From the IMG/VR virus record IMGVR_UViG_3300047494_000053, positions 1 through 56,481 of that record: DNA of 56,481 nt. The stretch is one strand, 5' to 3'. A model generated the notes under the pieces. It searched no databases. It was not told the origin of the DNA and saw only the letters and a program-made list of their open reading frames with translations. How positions within the stretch are numbered: the first letter of the stretch is position 1; each line of letters begins with the position of its first letter. Positions 44,401 through 52,344 of the stretch are shown piece by piece. The stretch is from a virus. Position numbers and translations under genes: made by a program.

Positions 44401-45031
44401 GGATCTGTCTCGATCGACGGCAAAGCCACGGTGGCGCCACGTGAAGCGCGGCACGGTCTACACCGAGCTTGCGACCGCCGAACTGCAAATGTCCGGGACG
44501 TTGGTCGATGGCGCCACCATGGTCATTTATCAGGGCGACGACGGGCGCATCTGGGTTCGCGAAATAGGAGAATTCACTGACGGGCGCTTCGTTCCCGCTG
44601 ATGGCGAAGCTCATGGCCGCTTTCAAAATGAGCGAGTTGGAGACTGGCATTTTCGGGTCAGGCCGTGCCGGGAGCCATCACTTTGCGGGAAATTTCTCGG
44701 ATGGTGCGCCCGCACTCCTGATTTGGGCACAGGGCCTACCGGCGTTACGGGTGACCAGCGCCAGGTGCATTTTCACTTTGCGGACACTGCCGAGGAATGC
44801 TTTGCCTTCCTCAAACGCGAGGTCCTCACGCCGGCTATGCGCTCCGGCGACCATGTCCATCACTGGCCCACCGGAGAAGATTGGGTGCTCGGCCGCGTCG
44901 AGGATGAGCACGTCTATCCGATGGGCTGGCCGCCAAGCCGAGCACTGCGCGCCGATTGCATGGTCATCAAGCCCTGCACCGATGAGGAGCACGCGAAGGC
45001 CGCGGCAGATGGCGAAAGGCTCCCCCGATAA
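44384..45031 (+). CDS. DUF1653-like domain protein, 215 aa
   Basis: GTG start. RWRHVKRGTVYTELATAELQMSGTLVDGATMVIYQGDDGRIWVREIGEFTDGRF fits the DUF1653 pattern. Confidence 0.55.
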   Translation: MESQTEDLSRSTAKPRWRHVKRGTVYTELATAELQMSGTLVDGATMVIYQGDDGRIWVREIGEFTDGRFVPADGEAHGRFQNERVGDWHFRVRPCREPSLCGKFLGWCARTPDLGTGPTGVTGDQRQVHFHFADTAEECFAFLKREVLTPAMRSGDHVHHWPTGEDWVLGRVEDEHVYPMGWPPSRALRADCMVIKPCTDEEHAKAAADGERLPR

Positions 45032-45258
45032 TGATGACCGTGCTCGCCACGCGCGACGGCGCCACCTACGAATTCGGCAGCAACGCAAACGAGTTTCTCG
45101 ATGCGAAGATGATAATTATGGCGCTGACGAAGGGCGGCTATTCGACGGCATTCGTGAAGCCAGGCTCGCGCCCGGAACGCACCGCCGCGCCGGTGACACC
45201 AGAGGAGCGCGAGGCCATGGCGGCTATCACCCAGAGCGTCACGAGGACCATGGGGTGA
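45031..45258 (+). CDS. Hypothetical protein, 75 aa
   Basis: ORF track. Confidence 0.5.
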   Translation: MMTVLATRDGATYEFGSNANEFLDAKMIIMALTKGGYSTAFVKPGSRPERTAAPVTPEEREAMAAITQSVTRTMG

Positions 45259-47774
45259 TGCTCGACCGCGTGGCCTATCTCAATTTTTTGCAAAGCAAGT
45301 TCTGCTTTCAGCAGCAGCATGGATTCGAGGTCGATCAATCGGCCATGCATCCGTCGCTGTCACCGCACCAGCGAGACATAATTCAATGGGCGTGCCGGCT
45401 GGGGCGCGCCGCTATTTTCGCATCCTTCGGCCTCGGCAAGACCCGAATGCAGCTTGATTTGCTTCGTCTCATTCTGGAGCGCCACCCCGGCCGCGCGCTT
45501 ATAATCATGCCGCTCGGCGTTCGTCAGGAATTCATTCGGGATGCCGCCGCGCTCGGCGTCCCAGTTAGCTTCGTCCGCACGAGCGACGAAACAAAGGGCA
45601 CCGGGGTTTACCTGACCAATTATGAAAGCGTGCGGGATGGAAAGCTCGACCCGACCTTGTTCGACGCGGTGAGCCTTGATGAGGCCAGCGTGTTGCGGAG
45701 CTTTGGCAGCAAGACCTACCAGAAATTCTTGACGCTATTCGCTGCGACGCGCTTTCGCTTCGTCGCTACGGCCACGCCCAGCCCAAACAGCTACAAGGAG
45801 CTGATCCATTATGCTGGGTTCCTCGGCGTCATGGACACTGGCCAGGCGCTGACACGGTTCTTCCAGCGCGATAGCGAAAAGGCCAATAACCTGACGCTCT
45901 ACCCGCACATGAAGCGAGAATTCTTTTTATGGCTGCACTCATGGGCCGCGTTTGTACAGAAGCCGTCGGACCTCGGGCACAGCGACGCAGGATACGACAT
46001 GCCGCCCTTGATCGTGCGGTGGCATGAAGTGCCGGCCGTCGACCTACGCGGCGGCGTCGACCGCGACGGCCAACATTTGATGATCAAGGATGCCGCCCTC
46101 GGCCTGCCGCAGGCGGCGGCGGAGAAACGCCTCAGCATTCGAGCGCGCGTGGCATGTATGGCCGGCATCGTGGCGGCGGCGCCCGATGATCATTTCATCG
46201 TCTGGCACGATCTTGAAGACGAGCGCCGCGCCATCAAGGCGGCGGTACCCGACGCCGTCGAGGTCTACGGCTCACAGGACCTCGACGAACGCGAGCGGCG
46301 CATCCTGGCATTTGCTGACGGCGAAAGCAGGATCCTGGCGACAAAACCATCGCTAAGCGGGTCTGGCTGCAACCTCCAGCGTCATTGTCACCGGGCCGTG
46401 TTTCTCGGCGTGGGCTACAAGTTTAATGACTTTATTCAGGCCATTCATCGCATCCTTCGCTTTCAACAGCCCCAACAATGCGAGATCGACCTAATATTCT
46501 GCGAAACCGAGCGCGAGGTCCGCCGCGAACTGGAACGCAAATGGCACGAGCATATGGAGCTAACAGCCATCATGAGCGATCTTATCCGAGAGCACGGCCT
46601 GTCCACGCTCGGCATCGAAGCGGAGCTGGCTCGCACCATCGGGATTAACCGCATCGAGGAATCGACCGAGCATTACCTAGTTGCCCACAACGATTGCGTA
46701 ATCGAGGCGGCGAGCATGCAGACCGACAGCGTAGACCTGATCGTAACGAGCATCCCATTCGGAAATCACTACGAATATACGACCAGCTATGAGGACTTCG
46801 GGCACAACGACAATAACATTCGGTTCTTCGAGCAAATGGACTTCCTGACGCCGAACCTGCTGCGCATCCTTCGACCCGGCCGTGTGGCAGCCATCCACGT
46901 CAAGGATCGCGTGAAATTCGGCAACGTCACCGGTCTCGGTATGGCGACGATTGATCCATTTCATGCGGACTGCATCGCCCACTATCGGCGCCACGGATTT
47001 GCCTATTGCGGCATGATCACGATCAATACCGACGTGGTGCGCGAGAACAATCAGACCTATCGCCTTGGTTGGTCCGAACAGTGCAAGGATGGCTCCAAAA
47101 TGGGCGTCGGCTGCCCAGAATACGTGCTGCTGCTCCGCAAGCTGCCGACTGACACCAGCACGGCTTATGCCGATGTTCCGGTGGTCAAAAGCAAGGCCGA
47201 GTACACGCGAGGCCGGTGGCAAATCGACGCACATGCTTTCTGGCGGAGCAGCGGCGATCGCTTCCTGACGGCATCTGAGCTGGAGGGTTTGGGTCCGGAC
47301 CGCTTGGCCAAAGCCTTCCCTGCTATGACGTTGCGCACGATCTATGACTTCCGAGAGCATGTGAAGCTGGCGGAGGCGCTTGACGACGCCAACCGACTGC
47401 CCAGCACCTTCGGCGCTGTGCTGCCCGGTGCCCACGATGCGTGGACATGGTTCGACGTAAATCGAATGAGAACACTGAATGGCGAGCAGGCCAGCCGTAA
47501 TCTGGTCCAGCACATTTGCCCGCTCCAGTTCGATATTGTGGACCGTCTTATTGAGCGGTTCACCAACCGTGGCGAGATCGTTTTTGATCCGTTCGGCGGT
47601 CTATTCACGGTGCCATTCTGTGCGATCAAACTGGGCCGCTTTGGGAGGTCCGTCGAGCTCGCCGCGGATTACTACAAGGACGGGCTTCGCTATCTTCGCA
47701 GCGCGGCCCGGGACGCCGCGATGCCAACGCTGTTCGGGTTGGAGGCGGCTGATCGGCCGCCGGAGGCCGCGTGA
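45258..47774 (+). CDS. SNF2/DEAD-like helicase fused to a beta-class (N4/N6-type) DNA methyltransferase, 838 aa
   Basis: Helicase motifs: FGLGKT (I), SLDEAS (II), ATATPSPN (III), QAIHRILRFQQ (VI). Methyltransferase motifs: DLIVTSIPFG (motif IV variant) followed by VFDPFGGLFT (motif I). ORF 44601..47774 trimmed to ATG 45258 (TGATG overlap). Confidence 0.8.
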   Translation: MLDRVAYLNFLQSKFCFQQQHGFEVDQSAMHPSLSPHQRDIIQWACRLGRAAIFASFGLGKTRMQLDLLRLILERHPGRALIIMPLGVRQEFIRDAAALGVPVSFVRTSDETKGTGVYLTNYESVRDGKLDPTLFDAVSLDEASVLRSFGSKTYQKFLTLFAATRFRFVATATPSPNSYKELIHYAGFLGVMDTGQALTRFFQRDSEKANNLTLYPHMKREFFLWLHSWAAFVQKPSDLGHSDAGYDMPPLIVRWHEVPAVDLRGGVDRDGQHLMIKDAALGLPQAAAEKRLSIRARVACMAGIVAAAPDDHFIVWHDLEDERRAIKAAVPDAVEVYGSQDLDERERRILAFADGESRILATKPSLSGSGCNLQRHCHRAVFLGVGYKFNDFIQAIHRILRFQQPQQCEIDLIFCETEREVRRELERKWHEHMELTAIMSDLIREHGLSTLGIEAELARTIGINRIEESTEHYLVAHNDCVIEAASMQTDSVDLIVTSIPFGNHYEYTTSYEDFGHNDNNIRFFEQMDFLTPNLLRILRPGRVAAIHVKDRVKFGNVTGLGMATIDPFHADCIAHYRRHGFAYCGMITINTDVVRENNQTYRLGWSEQCKDGSKMGVGCPEYVLLLRKLPTDTSTAYADVPVVKSKAEYTRGRWQIDAHAFWRSSGDRFLTASELEGLGPDRLAKAFPAMTLRTIYDFREHVKLAEALDDANRLPSTFGAVLPGAHDAWTWFDVNRMRTLNGEQASRNLVQHICPLQFDIVDRLIERFTNRGEIVFDPFGGLFTVPFCAIKLGRFGRSVELAADYYKDGLRYLRSAARDAAMPTLFGLEAADRPPEAA

Positions 47775-48076
47775 GCTATCGGCCCATCACCGATGTGTGG
47801 ATCCTGGCCAGGGCCAAGCTGACCGGCGGCCACAAGCTCTACGGCGCGTTCCCTGGCGGATTTGGCGAGCGGGCCCGCGATCTGCTCGGCGTGCACATTG
47901 ACGATCCCGTGCTGCATGTCTGCGGCGGCCGAACTTGCCGCCATGAGTTCTATATCGGCGTCGACGGCGATCCAGACGCGCGGCGCCGTTTGCCGAGCCG
48001 CGTTTTCTTTCTGCCTGGACACGTCTCGGCTTCCTGCTTCCGCCGCGCGCTCGACGCCGCCACGGGGGCGCCATGA
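47771..48076 (+). CDS. Hypothetical protein, 101 aa
   Basis: GTG start in a GTGA overlap with the helicase-methyltransferase stop. ITDVWILARAK...YGAFPGGFGERARDLLGV...VLHVCGG is reminiscent of N-termini of small phage methyltransferases, but no catalytic motif is present. Confidence 0.45.
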   Translation: MSYRPITDVWILARAKLTGGHKLYGAFPGGFGERARDLLGVHIDDPVLHVCGGRTCRHEFYIGVDGDPDARRRLPSRVFFLPGHVSASCFRRALDAATGAP

Positions 48077-48333
48077 GGGCCGACAACCCGATCTATTGGG
48101 CGAACGACAGCTTCGAGGTCCTGCACGAGGCGGTGCAGGCGTACCAGGCTGGCCACAATCTGACGAAGGGCCAGCTCGGCGCGCTGCGGGTCTATTTCCG
48201 CAAATGGATGGGCCAGGACTGGCACGGAAGCGAAATCGCGGCGCTTCGGGCTCGGATCGATCATATCTGGTCCCGCGGCGACATCACGACGTGGCTGCGC
48301 TTGGCGGCCAAGCAGGGGATCGATCCGCTATGA
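48073..48333 (+). CDS. Hypothetical protein, 86 aa
   Basis: ORF track. ATGA overlaps at both ends. Confidence 0.5.
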   Translation: MRADNPIYWANDSFEVLHEAVQAYQAGHNLTKGQLGALRVYFRKWMGQDWHGSEIAALRARIDHIWSRGDITTWLRLAAKQGIDPL

Positions 48334-48632
48334 ACGAGCGCCCGACGCTTCGCTCCAGGATCATCGAATACAATCGGGCAATGCGGTTGGCGACGGACGG
48401 CCTGCCGACGCGCGAGGCTGGGAGAGGCCCGCTTTCGCCTGGATACCCGTGCATGTGGACCTTGAAAGAACAAGCGCGCCGGCTCGGAAAAACGCAGCAG
48501 TGGGTCAAGGAGGCCGTGCAGGCCCACCGGATTCAGGTGCCCCGGGTAGGCGTTGGATTGCGTTTCACCGCCAAGGAACACGAGGCGCTTGCCGCGATCG
48601 CCGCCAAGCCTTCCGAGCAGGTGCCAGAATGA
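48330..48632 (+). CDS. HTH-like DNA-binding protein, 100 aa
   Basis: ORF 47862..48632 trimmed to ATG 48330. WTLKEQARRLGKTQQWVKEAVQAHRIQVPRVG is HTH-like. Confidence 0.5.
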   Translation: MNERPTLRSRIIEYNRAMRLATDGLPTREAGRGPLSPGYPCMWTLKEQARRLGKTQQWVKEAVQAHRIQVPRVGVGLRFTAKEHEALAAIAAKPSEQVPE

Positions 48633-48898
48633 ACGCGCTGCGGCCGGCGGAGCTGCCGGGCTGGCCGGGCGGCATGCCCGCGGATCTGGCCGCCGCCTAT
48701 GTCGGGCTCGGCGAGTCCAGCATGAAAGCCCTCGTCGGGCAGCGCCTTTTCCCCCGGCCAATCAAGCTCAGTGCCGGCCGCATCGGCTGGCGCAAGTCGG
48801 ACCTCGATCGCTGGCTCGAAGCCGGCGGCGTTGACGGCTGGACCGAAAGCACCGCTACCGTAACCGCTGAAACCGCTGACCCATGGATGACCCGATAA
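48629..48898 (+). CDS. xis: Excisionase / AlpA-family HTH protein, 89 aa
   Basis: MPADLAAAYVGLGESSMKALVGQRLFPRPIKLSAGRIGWRKSDLDRWLE fits the AlpA/Xis pattern. Immediately upstream of int. Confidence 0.65.
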   Translation: MNALRPAELPGWPGGMPADLAAAYVGLGESSMKALVGQRLFPRPIKLSAGRIGWRKSDLDRWLEAGGVDGWTESTATVTAETADPWMTR

Positions 48899-49941
48899 TG
48901 CCCCCGGTGCACCCGCCTTACCTGCATATCTTCGAGAGCGACGGGAAGCGGTTTGCCTACTACCGGCGGGACGGCATCCGCATCCGCCTGGCCGAGGCGA
49001 ACGTGCGGGCTGAGGCGTTCCCTGGCGCATACGAGGATGCGCGGCGCAAATGGGAGGCGAAGCGCAACGCCAAGCCAGCCGAGGCCGCCATCAAGGCCGG
49101 CACGCTGGCCGCGCTGATCGCCGGCTACCGGGCCGCGCCTGAATTCCGCAAGCTGGCCGTTAAGACCAAGGCCGATTACGGCCGCGTGCTGACCCTGCTG
49201 GAGACGAGGTTCGGTGACCTGCCGGCGGCGGCGGCGAACCGAGCCTGGGTGATACGGCTGCGCGACGAGTGCCAGGATACGCCGCGCACGGCAAACTACC
49301 GGGTGGCCATCATCGGCGCACTGATGGCCTACGCGATCGAGCGCGGGCTCCGGGCCGACAACCCGGCGTTCAAGATCAAGAAGCTGGAGACCGGAGCGGG
49401 CCACCGTATCTGGACGGCGGCGGAGATCGCGGCGATGACAGGGCCCGCCGCCGGCGACGTCGAACTGCCCGTGATGCTGGCCCTCCACACCGCGCAGCGC
49501 CAAGCCGATGTGCTTCGCCTGCTGTGGAGCGCCTACGACGGCCGGGTGATACGGCTTCGGCAGGGCAAAACCGGCGCTGTGCTCGTTATTCCCGTATCGG
49601 CAGCGCTCAAGGCCAGGCTGGACCGCGAGACGCGAACTGGCGCGGTGATATGCCTCACGGCCGCCGGCAGCGCGTGGGGCAGCGATTACTTCCGCCACCG
49701 CTTCGCTGAGGTTCGCGCCAAGCTCAAACTACCGGCCGATTTGCATTTCCACGGGCTGCGCCACACAGCCGCCACGCGCCTCGCCGAAAGCGGCGCGACT
49801 GATCGGGAAATTATGGCAATGACCGGGCACAAGACGAGCTCGATGGTGACCCGATACACCCAGGGCGCCCAGCAAGAACGGCTCGCCAGCGCGGCCGTAA
49901 TTCGGCTCGGGAAACATGCCAAGAACAAGCGCAGTGGCTAG
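48898..49941 (+). CDS. int: Tyrosine integrase, 347 aa
   Basis: C-terminal catalytic region TAQRQADVLRL...HFHGLRHTAATRLAESGATDREIMAMTGHKTSSMVTRYT (R..HxxR..Y). The ORF track starts at 48883; ATG 48898 gives a TAATG overlap with xis. Confidence 0.9.
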   Translation: MPPVHPPYLHIFESDGKRFAYYRRDGIRIRLAEANVRAEAFPGAYEDARRKWEAKRNAKPAEAAIKAGTLAALIAGYRAAPEFRKLAVKTKADYGRVLTLLETRFGDLPAAAANRAWVIRLRDECQDTPRTANYRVAIIGALMAYAIERGLRADNPAFKIKKLETGAGHRIWTAAEIAAMTGPAAGDVELPVMLALHTAQRQADVLRLLWSAYDGRVIRLRQGKTGAVLVIPVSAALKARLDRETRTGAVICLTAAGSAWGSDYFRHRFAEVRAKLKLPADLHFHGLRHTAATRLAESGATDREIMAMTGHKTSSMVTRYTQGAQQERLASAAVIRLGKHAKNKRSG

Positions 49942-49989
49942 GAGCCTGATAGAAGATTGGCAAGGAGATAGCCGATTTCGGAAAAACCC

Positions 49990-50034
49990 TGGTGGGCGCA
50001 GTAGGATTCGAACCTACGACCCGCTGATTAAGAG
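49990..50034 (-). other. attP core: 3' 45 nt of a tRNA-Lys(CUU)-like gene (anticodon loop to CCA end)
   Basis: The minus strand reads CTCTTAA-TCAGC-GGGTC-GTAGG-TTCGAAT-CCTAC-TGCGCCC-A-CCA. No matching 5' acceptor, D-arm or 5' anticodon stem lies upstream, so it is not a tRNA gene. Confidence 0.7.
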
Positions 50035-50086
50035 ACTGCCGGGTTTTCAGGAGAAACAGCGGCTTAGTCTGGCAAGGAGACCCGTT

Positions 50087-50302
50087 ATGGACCATCCAGA
50101 ACCAAGCGACAATCGACCAGTGGCTAGGAATCCGGCGCCCCCCTGCCCCGCCGTGCCAACGCCGCAGGAGCGCCGCCCGAAGGCCCACGCTGGATACCGG
50201 AACGGCCAATGGTTCCCGCGCCTCGGCGCCGCCTGGATCGACTCGCCGGGCTTCGCCTTCGCCGCTGATGCCGTCGCCGCAGCCAAGGCGCACCGGGGTT
50301 AG
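50087..50302 (+). CDS. Possible small protein, 71 aa
   Basis: Internal ATG of ORF 49916..50302. GC3 is about 75%. GYRNGQWFPRLGAAWIDSPGFAFAADAVAAAKAH is loosely AP2-like. Weak. Confidence 0.25.
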   Translation: MDHPEPSDNRPVARNPAPPCPAVPTPQERRPKAHAGYRNGQWFPRLGAAWIDSPGFAFAADAVAAAKAHRG

Positions 50303-50304
50303 GG

Positions 50305-50508
50305 AAAACTCAAAGGATCAGGTGTGCAGCGGGTGGGTGCCGTAGCCGGCCGGACAGGGCACCCTATGACTTTGCAACGTTGCCCGGCTCCGCTCTTTCG
50401 AGTGCCGGGGCGTAGCCATCCCTTGCTGTAAGCCCGAGGCGTGGGGCGCGGTTTGGTCTCTGGCACACTACCCGCTACCCGCTGCACGCCTGATCCTTTC
50501 GAGTTTTT
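50305..50508 (+). repeat. Long-range inverted repeat (30-nt arms) enclosing a roughly 142-nt GC-rich segment; possible structured RNA, large terminator or invertible segment
   Basis: 50305-50334 (AAAACTCAAAGGATCAGGTGTGCAGCGGGT) pairs with 50477-50507 (ACCCGCTGCACGCCTGATCCTTTCGAGTTTT). There is one T/G position (a G-U pair only on plus-strand RNA) and a 1-nt bulge. A T5 run lies at the 3' end. Confidence 0.6.
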
Positions 50509-50513
50509 GGGGG

Positions 50514-50630
50514 TTATAGGGGGTAACCATCAAACGGCGCTTTCCTTTTCCAAAGCCGCCAGAACACGATGGCGAAAAACTCGACCAGAACAATCCCGAT
50601 CGGCAGCGCAGCAAGCCTGATCCAAAGCAT
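50514..50630 (-). CDS. Possible 38-aa single-TM peptide
   Basis: MLWIRLAALPIGIVLVEFFAIVFWRLWKRKAPFDGYPL. Last in the minus-strand mini-cassette. Below the ORF cutoff. Confidence 0.3.
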   Translation of the reverse strand: MLWIRLAALPIGIVLVEFFAIVFWRLWKRKAPFDGYPL

Positions 50631-50651
50631 TCCGGGGTCCGATCGGGGTTT

Positions 50652-50846
50652 CTAGGCGTAGTCGGCGGGGACGCGATTGCCGAGCCGCTTTTCGGCAGCG
50701 CGAATGATGGACTGCGCCGCTGCCACACTGGGCAACAGATCACCAAACCGCCCGTCATCAGCAAGAGCGTGCTCGACCTCCTGGCTCTCTGTCGCTTGCA
50801 TAATCCGGTCCATTGCGAACCGGATGGCGTCGCTGCGAGTGCTCAT
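50652..50846 (-). CDS. Hypothetical protein, 64 aa
   Basis: ORF track. Its start abuts the stop of the upstream ORF with no gap. Confidence 0.45.
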   Translation of the reverse strand: MSTRSDAIRFAMDRIMQATESQEVEHALADDGRFGDLLPSVAAAQSIIRAAEKRLGNRVPADYA

Positions 50847-51032
50847 CTAGCCCTCCACGCTGGCAGTGAGACGGTCCATACCGCGCGTCATCGGCTGACG
50901 GAACGCTGCCGCGCTCTGCGCGAACTGCCTTATGGCCTGGGCGATGGCGTTCTTTGCAGTGAAGCTGCGCCATGTACCGACCAAGTCGCCGTTTTCAGAC
51001 CGCACGGTAAAAATCTGTGATTGCTTGGCCAC
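50847..51032 (-). CDS. Hypothetical protein, 61 aa (faint DUF1508/YegP-like repeat)
   Basis: IFTVRSENGDLVGTWRSFTAKNAIAQAI loosely resembles one YegP repeat. Confidence 0.4.
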   Translation of the reverse strand: MAKQSQIFTVRSENGDLVGTWRSFTAKNAIAQAIRQFAQSAAAFRQPMTRGMDRLTASVEG

Positions 51033-51194
51033 GATCCACGTCCTTCTTTCTGCCGCCTTATTACCCGACGCTGTATTCCAATGTCAACACATACCTTGTC
51101 TCTTTTCTCGGTATCTTTCCTTGCCTTTCTTTGCGGGATCGGTCATGTGTAGCTGATGGATGAAACTGAGACTTGCACACCAGAGAAGCCGCAC

Positions 51195-51773
51195 ATGGTC
51201 GGCTATGCCCGCGTCTCGATGAGCGACCAGACGAACCAGCGCCAGGTCGATGACTTGCGCCGGGCGGGCGTTCACGACGACGACATTTTCAGGGACACGG
51301 CCAGCGGTAAGAGCATGAACCGGCCCGGCTGGAAGGCGCTGTGGCGGGACGTGCGGAAGGGCGATGTGGTCGTGGTGCTGTCCATCGACCGGTTGGGCCG
51401 CAACCTGATCGAAGTGATCCAGACGGTTGAGGCGCTAGAGAAGCGCGGGGTCGGGCTCAAGGTGCTGTCTGGCACCATCGACACCACGACGCCCAACGGC
51501 CGGCTGATGCTCGCCCTGGTGGCGGCGATGGCTCAGTGGGAGCGCGAGTTGATCGTGGAGCGCACCCAGCACGGCCTGGCACGGGCCAGGGAGCGCGGGA
51601 GGGTCGGCGGCAACAAGCGCAAGCTCAACGACAAACAGGTGGCCGACGCCATCAAGCGCGAGAAGAAGGGCGAGTTTTTGGCCGACATCGCCAAGGAATA
51701 CGGCGTGGGCCGGAACACGCTTTACAAAGAGGTTCACAAGGCCAAGGGCCTGAAAGGGAGCAAGCAGCCATGA
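51195..51773 (+). CDS. Serine recombinase (resolvase/invertase family), 192 aa
   Basis: MVGYARVSMSDQ (catalytic Ser), VVVLSIDRLGRN, GRLMLALVAAMAQWERELIVERT, and C-terminal HTH ADIAKEYGVGRNTLYK. The ORF track starts at 51156. Confidence 0.85.
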   Translation: MVGYARVSMSDQTNQRQVDDLRRAGVHDDDIFRDTASGKSMNRPGWKALWRDVRKGDVVVVLSIDRLGRNLIEVIQTVEALEKRGVGLKVLSGTIDTTTPNGRLMLALVAAMAQWERELIVERTQHGLARARERGRVGGNKRKLNDKQVADAIKREKKGEFLADIAKEYGVGRNTLYKEVHKAKGLKGSKQP

Positions 51774-51994
51774 CGGAAACCACCGAGGTCCTGTGGCTCA
51801 ACGACGCTTGGTTTATCAACAGTCCGGTGCGGGCTTTTCCTGATTTGACCGGTTTCGCGCCCAAAGGTCAGGCATGGATGGCGTATAACACTCAGACTTA
51901 CGATGGTTCACCCGATGCCGGGGAGCAGATTGTTGGGTGGGGGCCTAGTAAAAACGCTGCGATTAAAGATTATTACAATCAGGTGCTCGCATGA
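51770..51994 (+). CDS. Hypothetical protein, 74 aa
   Basis: ORF 51536..51994 trimmed to ATG 51770 (ATGA overlap with the recombinase stop). Confidence 0.5.
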   Translation: MTETTEVLWLNDAWFINSPVRAFPDLTGFAPKGQAWMAYNTQTYDGSPDAGEQIVGWGPSKNAAIKDYYNQVLA

Positions 51995-52161
51995 CTCCGC
52001 AAGAAATCGTCGATGAACAGGCTAACGATCCGATGCTCTGGTGCGTGCCGGGCACCATCGTGGAGGACGTTCTGCAAAAGGCGTTGCGACGGCTTCACGC
52101 CGCAGTTGAGAGAAGATCGTCGGAACAATGTGCAAGGGATGCAATCAATGCCCGTCTCTGA
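51991..52161 (+). CDS. Hypothetical protein, 56 aa
   Basis: ATGA overlap. Below the ORF-track cutoff. Confidence 0.4.
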   Translation: MTPQEIVDEQANDPMLWCVPGTIVEDVLQKALRRLHAAVERRSSEQCARDAINARL

Positions 52162-52344
52162 AACCACCAGCCGCACCCCGTTGCAGCAGGCCAAGGAAGC
52201 CACGGAAATTGCAGAGGCGGCGTTTGCTGCTGGCAACAAGGTTGTCGGCATCGCCGCAATCACACTAGCCGCAGAACTCACGCGTGTGCGCAGAGTGTGC
52301 ACACGCACCGAGGCAATTCCGCCCGGTTTTGGAGGCCACGCCCC

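Noticed and set aside
49811-50302. ORFs 49811..50293 (-) and 49916..50302 (+), and a possible tRNA gene at about 49990-50065.
   Set aside because: The tRNA-like sequence has only the 3' half: there is no 5' acceptor strand or D-arm, and the 5' anticodon stem does not pair. It is therefore an attP core, not a gene. The overlapping ORFs mostly translate this fragment; only the 50087..50302 tail is retained, at low confidence.
50305-50508. Retron msr-msd interpretation of the inverted-arm element.
   Set aside because: No reverse transcriptase ORF is present anywhere in the genome, and none lies downstream on either strand.
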